The notes below the pieces were generated by a model that worked only from the letters and a program-made list of their open reading frames with translations, searched no databases and had not been told where the DNA came from. From Tubiluchus corallicola (lineage: Eukaryota > Animalia > Priapulida), in assembly GCA_030141605.1 (NCBI GenBank), contig JAQGDQ010000041.1:248001-312000 (forward strand): a DNA stretch of 64,000 bases. Direction: 5' to 3'. Shown here one piece after another: positions 54,401 through 64,000 of the stretch (position 1 is the stretch's first letter; every line of letters begins with the position of its first letter). The translations under genes and the position numbers were made by a program.

Positions 54401-57400
54401 CGCCGCTGCCAATCTTAGTAGATTCACTGAGCCGCGTTAAAAGTTTAACGAAATTTGACTATCCGAGATAATTATTATTTAATCTAAGCTTCGATTTAAA
54501 ATAAGCTATTGGAGTTTTCAACATTTTAAAGCATTCCTTATTCTGAACTCTTGTTTACACAGTCATCCGGTTTTCCTTTAATAGCAGTTACAATGTGCTT
54601 GCAAGTTAAATGGCTATAACTGTACAATTATTATAATGCAAGTATAAAATCTAAGCAATTCTGTAAATCCTGAAGCTGCTTTAAGGAACCTGAGATTGCA
54701 TTTTTGTTTTCTCTTTGATGTAACCACGAATAATAACTTTTATAGTAATGTGTAGTATTGTTTATGTATTATCACATACTTGTTGGGCCTCTTCAATGAC
54801 CGCGGAGCTCCCAAAAACGCACGATTATCATTAATTTCAATATTATATTATGAATCATCAATATTATTGCTTGTTCTTGTTTCACTTTCCATGATCTCCA
54901 AAAAGTCAATGTTTGCCTAGGACAATTTATTTACAACTAGATAAAAAGTGAATAAATGAGAAATGAGTTATTAGAAAAAATAGTGAAGCTTCTTAAATTT
55001 TGCCTCTTTTCATTTTTCCCCATTTCACCTAGTTTTGCCTCTTTACCTTAGCCTTTTTCAGGTTTTCTCTGCCTAGGCAATGAATTAGAGGATAGAATTC
55101 GAGACGGGCACAATGGCTACTTTTCTTGCTGCTTTAGGCTAAGTGGTAGCCTTTATACTTTGTAACAACGCTTTATACTAGTGCAAATTTGAGGTTGAAT
55201 ACATGCGTTACGAAATGAAGCCATGCTCAGAGCGAGTTTCACAAGCAAACGAGCTCATCGGAGAAAACAATAATGCCTTCCCATGTTTGCATAGTCATTC
55301 AATAAGACATCAAGGCAGCATCTGATTCTGATGGCTGGAATAAAAATGCGAATAGCAAAAAATAATACCATTTCACATATTAGTATTTTGGATAGCTACT
55401 ACTCTGCTACGTGATTGTCATAATAAAAGTGTTAAGATATCATGAAATCGACAATAGAACTAACGTGATATCCAGCTAGTATTAATGAATAAGTTATTTG
55501 AATTCCGACTTGGAGTAAGTTATCCGATTTCTAAATTTTGACTAAGTGTAAGAATTACACTTGTACCAGATGTTTTGAATTCCCTCTCAACAGAAGCCAG
55601 TGAAATTAGTGTCTGCTCCTGCATTTGCCCTTTACGAAGAGCAGGCAGTGCAAGCCTTCCCATGCGTTGCTAGCTTCCTAGTGCATGCTTTCCCAGCATG
55701 CCTTGCGTTTTCCGCTGTAGTGCGATCGATCCCAGGCTGCGCTTCATCATTCCCAGCATACTGTTCATTCTACCAGTCAGTGCAACCCTTCCCAGACAAG
55801 CGTTTTACCTTATAGTGCGATCCTTCCCAGCTACAGTGAACCATCAGCAGCTGATCAATCAAAGAAATTGCGCGAACAATTTACCATTAATTATAAAATT
55901 TTAAAACTAGTTGTACCAGGTAAGTTTATTTCCTTTTTGATGTTTGCTGACGCAAGCGGCACAGAAGCATTTAAAATCAAGATGTTCTGCCTTTTTAACG
56001 CGGGAAAATATAGTTTCAAGACTTTCAAAATGCCGAGCCCGTCTTGAGTGATAAAGCATTTCCGACAAATCTTCCATTGCTCTTTCTACACCTGATACTC
56101 AAATTGTTTCTTGAGCAATTATCAAATAATTAATCCTCAGTTTACAGGCCAGTAAGAGAAGAGCTGCACTTTTAATTTTTATTTTTTTAGCTTAAGCAAA
56201 AGAGTTGAATAATTACATGCAAGTTTAAACAAAATTACATAGATAAAAGCCAGATGATGTCATGGACACAAGAAAATATATTATCACGATTTAAACTAAA
56301 AGCTAAAACCGAAAACCAACTCTGGCTTCGGAAAAATGAAAACGCTGAAAAGGAAGCATGTGGGCGTGCGATATTACGTAAGTACCATGTGTGTTTTGAA
56401 CTTGCTCAGAATTTCAATTGTTTTTTATTTGCTTTGCTCTGGTGTTTCGAACTTGCTCAAGATTTAAATTTGCTTTGCCCGTACGGGGAAGCCAACACAT
56501 GGACGTTGCAGATTTGCAGTCTGTGTGGTCGTTTTGTTCATTGCTCACTTTTGAATTTACAAAAATTTTCTTAACTGACCTCAGAATTACAACTTTACAT
56601 TAAGAAGCTAGAAAAATGTTGCCACAGTAGGGCTGTCTCGCTTAAAAGGGTAGGATCGAGTTATTCTAAATTTCTAGCAAACAAAGTATAATGGCAAAGA
56701 GGACTACAGCGTCTGCGGAAGTCAGACGTGTTCGGGGTTTGAGTTGGGATCAGAGTTCGAGATCGCGGTTCGGGACGCTAACTGAGTTCGATATCGGTGT
56801 TTCTCGAGGTTCGGGATCAAAGGTTCGCGAATGGGATTCGGTCCTAGTGGAGTATTCTTAATTCATAATGGCATTTTGGTATTCTTCGCTGTTCAATGTA
56901 AACATAGAAAATGTAAATTAGGTTTCGTACAGTAGACAATCCGGGCTGCAGCTGAAAACAACGAGCAGTAAATTATAACGTCGTGGCGGCAATGATTATT
57001 CCTCCATAGCGTAGGCGTTTATAGGTTAGCTTCAAATTTCAATGGCAAGCTGTGCCGAGCAATAGTAACGCACAAATTACCCTAACATTAATCATCAAAA
57101 CATTTCCAGGCTTCGAAGTTCTTTACAGTCTCCAAGTCAAGTCTCGTGACTCAATCAGTTCACACACACAGACAGCTGGGCCAGCTGAAGCATACCAGTA
57201 AAACCTACTGGCCCATATAATAGAAACTAAGTGCCCGGTCAGTGCACCTTGTCGTAGTCTAACTGCATCCGTTTTACTTTCGCTAAGCTTGTTACCAAGG
57301 CAACTGCTTGCAAATTCATGTTCATTACTTCCATGTATGTCCTACAGGACAAATGATTTATTAATTTGACTCACTTAAAATCGCGGCAACTAATGGCAAA

Positions 57401-60400
57401 TCCCAGCGGCACGCTCGCAAATAAGCTTTAATTTAAAAGCGTTATTTGAATATAAAAGGAAAAACACAGCAAAGCAAAAGTAAAAAAGAAATAAAAACAA
57501 GTAAATAAGGCAACGGTAATGTGGTCAAAAGGAAAACAGAATATAAAAAACAAAGGTACAATACTAAAGACTCATTAGGTAAAAACAATAGTGAACGTTA
57601 ATAAAGAAAAACACAAAGGTAAAAAATAATGAGCAAAAGCAAAAGTGAAATATCAATAGGCGAGAAATATTAAAAGGTAACAAAGGGATATTCTCTGTTA
57701 AAAACGTGAATTTTAAACGGATAAACTTCTAACAAAATTAAAAATTCATGTGTAGATGTGATATGCCAGACGAATGTTACAGAGGTTTGGGATACGGAGC
57801 ATTCGACCCTGTTTTGGACACAGGGATTTTAGACACAGGCTATTTCGACACAGAACATTTTCAATGCATGGGTTATTTGGATTGGCACAGGTCGTTTTAA
57901 CATAGGTTAACTTCGATATAGGCTATTCAGACAAGAGTCATTCGGATAATTAGGCTATTTAGACACTAGGTACATTTGGACATTAGGTATTTTTGGGCAC
58001 GTGGGCATTTGATAGACACAAAAGTAGTTTGGACTCATAGGACATTTGGACACTGAGTATTTTGGAAACAATACGCAAGCCTACTTTCCCATTTGTGCCA
58101 TTTTTTCCTGTGCCATTTTTACCTGCGCCATTTTTGCCTAGCGTCACAATTAACAGTTCATTTCGATATCTCTGGAATTAATGCTCTCACTCCAAAATAC
58201 GAGTGTGTATGGAAGTAAATGGCTTCAAAGAACAAAGCTTCAGTGTTTCCTTGTTCAAATAATTATTAAGCATAGTCAGCAATGTTGGTGGATTTTGTTT
58301 CTTTCATGAAACCCATGTAGTAGAAATGCGAATTCCGCACAAAACCAATATTGATTTGGTTAAATATTTCATTGAAGCTACCTTCAGTAAGCATTCCCAA
58401 ACGCTCGACAGCGAAAAATTATGTATATATGTCTAAATGCCTACTCTTAGTACTGTCATATGCTTGTGTAAAATGACGTGTGTCCAAATTACCTAGATAT
58501 TTCCAAAACATCTAATGTCCAACTATCTTATGTAACCAATACACTTACAATGTCCAAATCCATCTAATGTCCAACTATCTTATGTAACCAATATACTTAC
58601 AATGTCCAAATCGCATATTGTGTCCAAAATGGCTACCTTTCCGTATCACTTTGTGGTTAAATTAGCCATATGTCTAACAGAATTTGTGTTCAAATTACTC
58701 GTGCCCAAGTCACCTAGGTGTCCAAATTACCCGTGTGTCCATTTGAAACATTCAGGTCAAATTTGCCTAGGTGGCCTGTGACCAACTGTTTTGTGACGAC
58801 ACGTGAAACAAATGTGTGTGTCAAAATGTCGGCGCACTGTCTCTTGTACAGGAAACAAACCCAGGTAATAGTCCTTTCTACCACCGTTTAAAATAATGTG
58901 TGATACCGGGACCCGGACCTTTTGACAGTGTTAAACAGGTATAAAAATGTCCTCGATTCCTTGCACCATATTCTGGATTCCTTGTGCTAAGATGCATGTG
59001 GTACACTTGTACCATATTCTGGATTCCTTGTGTTAAGATGCATGTGGCACACTTCCACCATATTCTGGATTCATTGTGCTAAGATGCATGTGGTACACAC
59101 CGGGATATTATATATGAACATGCATTAAACTATATATGCATAAACCGAATTCCTTCAAAATAAACGTTTATTAGGACCACCAAATATATATATATACAGT
59201 TATGCTTAATTTTACTTTTCACTTGAAAAACAGCTGAGCATGATTAAGCAAAAACTGTTCCCTGATTACAAACAGACATTCAAAATCATCAGTTTAGTAC
59301 AAATGCAGTTAGCCAGTATCTAAACATTTATCCCACGTGTTTATAATGTTATCCCTGTTACAGGAAATGTTTATTTTACGGATGTCTATTGTTTACTGAC
59401 CCCCTACTATTTAAGTAAAAGCCGGTTTCCGGGCCACAAAGATACCAACGTTATAAAAATAAGAACCATACACCTAGTAAGAAAATTACGACTTATGAAT
59501 GAAACAGACGTGCAAGCCACGTCAGGGAAAATACAGACATACATATATACAATATCTCAACTTTACTATGTATGTATGCAAATATATGGAAGTTCAGTAA
59601 AACGTAGACTTCAGTTATGTTCAGTTAAAACTTATTAGCAGATGTTACATAAAAATTATTGCAAAGACTCGAAAATTTGCACAACAATATCGAAAGTTAC
59701 AACTTTTGTTATTTGATAATTTAATCTTAACTCACTTAATACTTTAATATTTGCCCTGAAAATTGCCTGCCAACAAGTTTTCAAAACCTTCGATACATGT
59801 GAAACATGCCAATTTGAAGGCTTTAAGGCTACAGGCTAAAGACAATAATTTCCATTTGCAATTGATTTTATTTAAATTTTAAGAGCATCAATAAAAATCT
59901 CAAAAGTAGCAAAATGGCGAAAATGTGCAAACAATTTTCATGAATATTCACGTTAAAGCCAACATTTAATATATTCGCGTAAAATTTAGATGAAATTTTT
60001 GCTTCGCCGACCACACATGACATGAACGGATGAGTGGATGAGTCATACACAAAAGTGCAAACCTTCCCAGGACGCACGGCCTTCCCAGCACTCTGCAGCA
60101 ACAGCCGCAGCTGCAACAAAGTCACGAGTTTATCGAATTTTCCCCAGTGAATGAAATGCACTTGGCAATTTGCAACAAAGAGAAATGTACGTAAAATGCC
60201 AGAGAAAGTTTGGAGAGACGCGATAAGGAGTCGTGGTTCTCTTTTCCAGTTTATGTCTTAAACAGGCAGAAAAAGAATTAAACAAAGAAAGTTCGACTGC
60301 CGTGAAAGATAAACAGTTAACAGAGCTTCAAGTGTAGAAACCTACCTCTTTATTCTTGTTTATCACTACTATTCTGCAGTTAATAGCGCTTAGTTAATAA

Positions 60401-60996
60401 CTAATAATTAGCTCAGTTAGAAAAGTGTCAAACCTTTCTTTTCTGGCAAGAACTAAATTGTACAATTTTCCCGTCTCAGTACTACAATAATATTTGCAAA
60501 ACAAAAATCCCTTAACCCTAAAACATTGCGAAGCACGGGAGAAAACACTGTTCAGTTAGGAGTAACCGATGCAATTTGGACAAGGGGGAAATTGCTTCAC
60601 TGGAATCATTTTTATGTATATGGTTATTTCTGCGATTTGGCTCTCCCTTACGCAGTACTTTTAGTTAAAAATAGCTGCAAATACTGTCAATAATTCCTAA
60701 CTAGTCTCAATCAATAGGTAAATGGAGCAATTTGGGAAATACGAACATCTACCTTTTTTGCGGCGTCCTTCGGCCACGGAGTAAGTAATGTTTTCAAAGT
60801 TGATCTCGACTGGTCCACGTTTATTGAGTCGTAGACACTGCCACTGTGCTGACTCCATATTCTCCACCTTCTTTAGTGGAGTGTTAGCCACGGAACTGGC
60901 TGCAGTGTTGTACTTGGAGGGAGAACTCACGATACTAGTAGTCTCTTCATCGTTCACCTTGGTCATGTGCACTTGAATACTAAGCAGCTCAGCCAT
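45439..60996 (-). CDS. ABCG1: ABC transporter G family half transporter, ABCG1/ABCG4-like, 12 coding exons, ~705 aa
   Basis: Exons: 60996-60753 ([19 protein letters not shown]); 52561-52444 Walker [10 protein letters not shown]; 51599-51410 SCYIMQDD; 50646-50501 [16 protein letters not shown]; 50065-49942 TIHQPS; 49286-49172 YHNPADF; 49085-48814; 48412-48296; 47792-47624; 47119-47019 [16 protein letters not shown]; 46647-46492; 45804-45439 [20 protein letters not shown]. Phases consistent, 2118 nt. Probably co-orthologous to vertebrate ABCG1 and ABCG4. Confidence 0.95.
47161..47277. repeat. 58-bp tandem duplication
   Basis: tataaacacaWgcaRagttctggtcatcaatttRcacttacaaataccaaaaaagcta x2. Confidence 0.9.
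49328..49800 (-). mobile_element. Decayed Tc1/mariner transposase C-terminal fragment in an ABCG intron
   Basis: Minus translation ..[47 protein letters not shown] follows the Tc1/mariner C-terminal pattern (W..LK..EELK..I...W..I..KRL..V...G..IE). Confidence 0.55.
55647..55830. promoter_or_regulatory. Cluster of AGTGCRNNCCTTCCCAG motifs with unique spacers (candidate enhancer)
   Basis: Five copies starting at 55647, 55680, 55719, 55779 and 55814 plus a half copy near 55750; another at 60054. Confidence 0.5.
56725..56845. repeat. GTTCGGGAT(C) subrepeat cluster, probably a MITE remnant
   Basis: gttcgggg, gttgggatc, gttcgagatc, gttcgggacg, gttcgatatc, gttcgggatc, gttcgcga. Confidence 0.6.
57800..58836. 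mobile_element. Foldback/MITE-like region: GGACATTTGGACAC subrepeat arrays in opposite orientations
   Basis: 57800-58070 reads ttggacac/ttcgacac, 58430-58836 reads gtgtccaa. Includes a 52-bp tandem duplication at 58509-58612. Confidence 0.65.
58964..59097. repeat. 46-bp tandem repeat x3
   Basis: accatattctggattcMttgtgYtaagatgcatgtggYacac units. Confidence 0.92.
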
Positions 60997-61471
60997 CACC
61001 TTAAATTAAATGCTGAAATAAAGAAACATAAATATTCACCATTTATCACTACTTTGAGATTTTGGTCTTACAGAAATACAATACACTATGTTCTACTGAT
61101 AAAGAAACACAGACTAAGAAAGCTAACAAAAGTGATGGACAGCTAAACGTGGACAAATACTGGACAAACGAGCGGGTGATAAATTAACAGACAGGTTTAA
61201 CCAAACTCAAAGACTTGACAAGACTCGGACTGAAACCTGAGCACTTGACAGGATATAAATAACACATATACTGGAAATTTAGTATACTCATTATCACAAC
61301 ATCGCTGATTCCTAGAGCCAAAACTCACTCACGAGATACTGAGTATTCAAAACAAGATCTGATTAGATTCATGCTACTACTACCAGGCTTGGTTGAGCAA
61401 CACTAAAAAGGCAAGATGCCGCCGCATTAGTACCGATTAGAAAAAAGACAGTTATTATGGGAGTCTACTTG

Positions 61472-61606
61472 GTGTGCAGACATTTCGTAAATAAACACAT
61501 TTGGACACATAGGACATTTCGACACATAGGACATTTGAACACAAAGACATTTCGACCTAAGGACATTTGGACACATAGGACATTTCAGCACAAGGACATT
61601 TACACG
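61472..61606 (+). repeat. ~17-bp GGACATTTGGACACATA subrepeat array, same family as 57800-58836
   Basis: About 7 units. Start gtgtgcagacatttcg resembles the reverse complement of 58820-58836. Confidence 0.8.
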
Positions 61607-62479
61607 CATTCTTAGTTTTGCAAAAACCTGATGAAAATTGCACAAAAGCCCATAGTTCAATAGATTCTCTGGAAACAATTTATATGGCTACTCTTCTGAC
61701 AACTGATCAATAAACAATCACTTATCAACCAAAACATAATAAACAGCTAATTTTGATGTATATGGAGTGAATGTACTGCCTCTTTAAAAAGTGTGCATGT
61801 GAAAGTGTTGAGGTCGTGCAGTACTTGTCCTGTACGCTTTTAAGTTTTGCTAGTTTAGTTTAGTTTGGTTTAGTGCCATAAAAACATTCATACATACAAT
61901 ACTGGATTTACATTAGTAAATGTATATAAATAAAAATAAAAGTGGAAATTAATTTTTAGTAAATAATAAAAATTTGACATAAAAATACGCTTCTGGTCAA
62001 TAAAAAACATCATTTTCATAATACAATTAAAATAATTATGGCTGACCAGGAAGACACCAGACTTACAGGAAAATTGACCCGTCAGCTGTTGCAGTGGGTG
62101 GACGTATTTTTTCAGCTCCGCAATTTAAGTGAAATTTATTCGTGTAAAAGTTCGTGAGCTTGATGAAACAAATAGCAGCGTGTTCGGTAATGTGTGCTGT
62201 TGTGATGCAGTGGTAGTGATGAGACTTTATAATCTCAAATTATTTTTGAGATATCAATAAAAAACGTATGATAACTATATAGTTTCTTTGTAATACATTT
62301 CTATCTGCTAACTGGAAAACTTGTAAGACAACGACACTCGAGTAATTTGTAATCGCTCTATTGTGCAAAACTTGAACCTTTTGTAGCAGTGCAGGTTAGT
62401 ATACCTGCTGCGTGATAGCTTGCATTGTGACTTAACAAGTCTTGTCAGTGTTATTTTGCCGAATTTGGAATTTTGCAAA

Positions 62480-63376
62480 ATGCCTCCTAAAGGGGACAAG
62501 AACAAGAAGGCTGAGTCACTCTCACAGCCACCTGAAGAAGGTACAGTAACTCTTGACATGGTATGGTTAAAACTCCAAGGAATTGAAAATAACCAAGAAT
62601 CCTCAAGAAAAACATTGGAAAGTAAAATAGACAAGTTGAGGAATGAGCTGAAAGTAGACATTGATAATAAAATATTGGGGGTAAAAAATGACATTGCTAT
62701 GGAGTTGAGTCAAGTGCAAAATCAGTGCCAATCAGTCATGCAAGACATTCAGGTCATGAAGGCCAGGCTTGACCAGCTGGAGTTGGCTGATCCACCAGGT
62801 GACAGGGCAGGCTTACCTGGCACTGGGCCAAACATGGAACCTGTTAATGACATTGATAAAACAATAGTGGTGTATAATCTACCACAGCCAGCTGATGATG
62901 ACCTTACACTGCATGACAACATAGAGGATATGATCCAATGCCTTGGTGACAGTGTTGCAGATCAGGTTACTGTAGTACAATGCAAGAGGCTGAGAGGCAG
63001 AAATCAGAAACCTGGAATAGTGAAAGTTGCATTTCAGAATCTTGAGGAAAAGAAAATGGTATTAAAGGCAAAACTTAAATTGCAGAATACAGACAGATAT
63101 AATGATCTGTGGCTTAGATCTAGTAAAACCCACACAGACAGACTCATCGAGATTAACTTCAAGAAAATACTGACTATAGTCCCAGGTGGAAATGACTACC
63201 GAATTACTGGCAGTGGAAGGATACAGAAGAAAGATGACCAGGCTGGGAACCAGGATGATGATGGAGACAATGATACCAGCAGGCATGATGACGGTGATGC
63301 AGGTGGAGACCGAGGTGGACGTAGAGGTCGAGGCCGAGGCCGAGGTCGTGGCCGAGGTCGTGGAGGACAATATTAG
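62480..63376 (+). CDS. LINE ORF1 protein (298 aa): coiled coil, RRM-like core, acidic stretch, RG/RGG tail
   Basis: MPPKGDK start, heptad-like region, TIVVYNLP..CKRL..KPGIVKVAF..KKMVLKAKLKL..LWLRSSKT typical of LINE ORF1, ends GGRRGRGRGRGRGRGGQY*. Confidence 0.85.
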   Translation: MPPKGDKNKKAESLSQPPEEGTVTLDMVWLKLQGIENNQESSRKTLESKIDKLRNELKVDIDNKILGVKNDIAMELSQVQNQCQSVMQDIQVMKARLDQLELADPPGDRAGLPGTGPNMEPVNDIDKTIVVYNLPQPADDDLTLHDNIEDMIQCLGDSVADQVTVVQCKRLRGRNQKPGIVKVAFQNLEEKKMVLKAKLKLQNTDRYNDLWLRSSKTHTDRLIEINFKKILTIVPGGNDYRITGSGRIQKKDDQAGNQDDDGDNDTSRHDDGDAGGDRGGRRGRGRGRGRGRGRGGQY

Positions 63377-64000
63377 GACAGGCAGCCCACTGCACTAAAT
63401 ATTGTGCAATGGAATATAAATGGATGGTCTGAGCAATCCAGAGAATGTAAGATAGCAATTTTAAGACAGTTTGATGCTGACATTATTTCCATTAATGAAT
63501 CACAGCTGAGTGGAAATGAAGAGATTGATATTGATGGATATCAGTGTTTTCCCTTTAATAGACAGGAAAGAAACATGAATCTCAATAGAACATTTGGTGG
63601 AGTCCAGATAGTAGCTAAATATTCTGTTCTACAGGATTATAATGTGACTACACTGGATAAAACCAAAGATGGCATATTATGTCTTCAGTTTAAGCATAAG
63701 TTTTCTGAATATACATTTATAATCATATCATGCTATCTTCCACCCTCCAACTCTGTTTGGGGGAGAGATGGTTTGTCATTTTATTGTCATTTACTTGAAC
63801 TGGTTTACAGATACTCATATGTTGATGGTCTGTATATAATGGGAGATGTGAACTCTCGTATTGGCGAAGAATTTGACTATATTGTTGATGTTGATTATGA
63901 TTTGCCATACCGAAATGTGCTTGATGGTACAAAAAATCCACATGGTGACCTTCTACTAGAATTTCTTAAAGATGGTAAGCTTTGTGTTGTAAATGGACGA
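63377..64000 (+). CDS. LINE ORF2, N-terminal APE-like endonuclease (3'-partial, no ATG at start)
   Basis: DRQPTALNIVQWNING, DIISINES, GGV, CYLPP, MGDVNSR, NPHG..LL, VNGR. 208 codons without a stop up to 64000. Confidence 0.9.

Larger units (their letters stand above)
62036..64000 (+). mobile_element. Apparently intact non-LTR retrotransposon (APE-type, RTE-X-like), 5' part
   Basis: Composition shift near 62040, ~440-nt 5' UTR, uninterrupted ORF1, then an APE endonuclease frame open to the window end. The 5' boundary is approximate. Confidence 0.85.

Noticed and set aside
55647-55830. CRISPR array
   Set aside because: Eukaryotic intron, short degenerate 17-nt repeats, irregular spacing, no cas genes.
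62308-63458. Antisense and alternative-frame ORFs over the LINE
   Set aside because: Shadows of ORF1 codon structure and its repeat tail.

Overview
AT-rich eukaryotic (invertebrate-like) genomic DNA with spliceosomal introns. Almost all ORFs in the supplied track are spurious or are single exons read into flanking introns. Three conserved multi-exon genes lie head-to-tail on the minus strand and were reconstructed by hand from splice sites and phase: an ABCG1/ABCG4-like half transporter (12 coding exons, ~705 aa, 45439-60996), XRCC1 (17 coding exons, ~652 aa, 23756-41995) and MOSPD2 (CRAL-TRIO + MSP, 456 codons in the window, last exon(s) beyond position 1). An apparently intact non-LTR retrotransposon starts near 62.0 kb on the plus strand. 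Introns carry decayed LINE, Tc1/mariner and possible hAT fragments, MITE-like elements and tandem repeats. The most notable observations are: (1) LINE ORF1 and ORF2 are in the same frame, separated by a single TAG with no ATG before the endonuclease catalytic motifs, suggesting stop-codon readthrough; (2) MOSPD2 has two paralogous 61-nt exons that must be mutually exclusive; (3) a clustered 17-nt motif with unique spacers sits in ABCG intron 1; (4) there is an unexplained spliced 68-codon ORF between XRCC1 and MOSPD2; (5) two retroposon 3' ends share a covarying hairpin. No database searches were run; family calls rest on recalled motifs.
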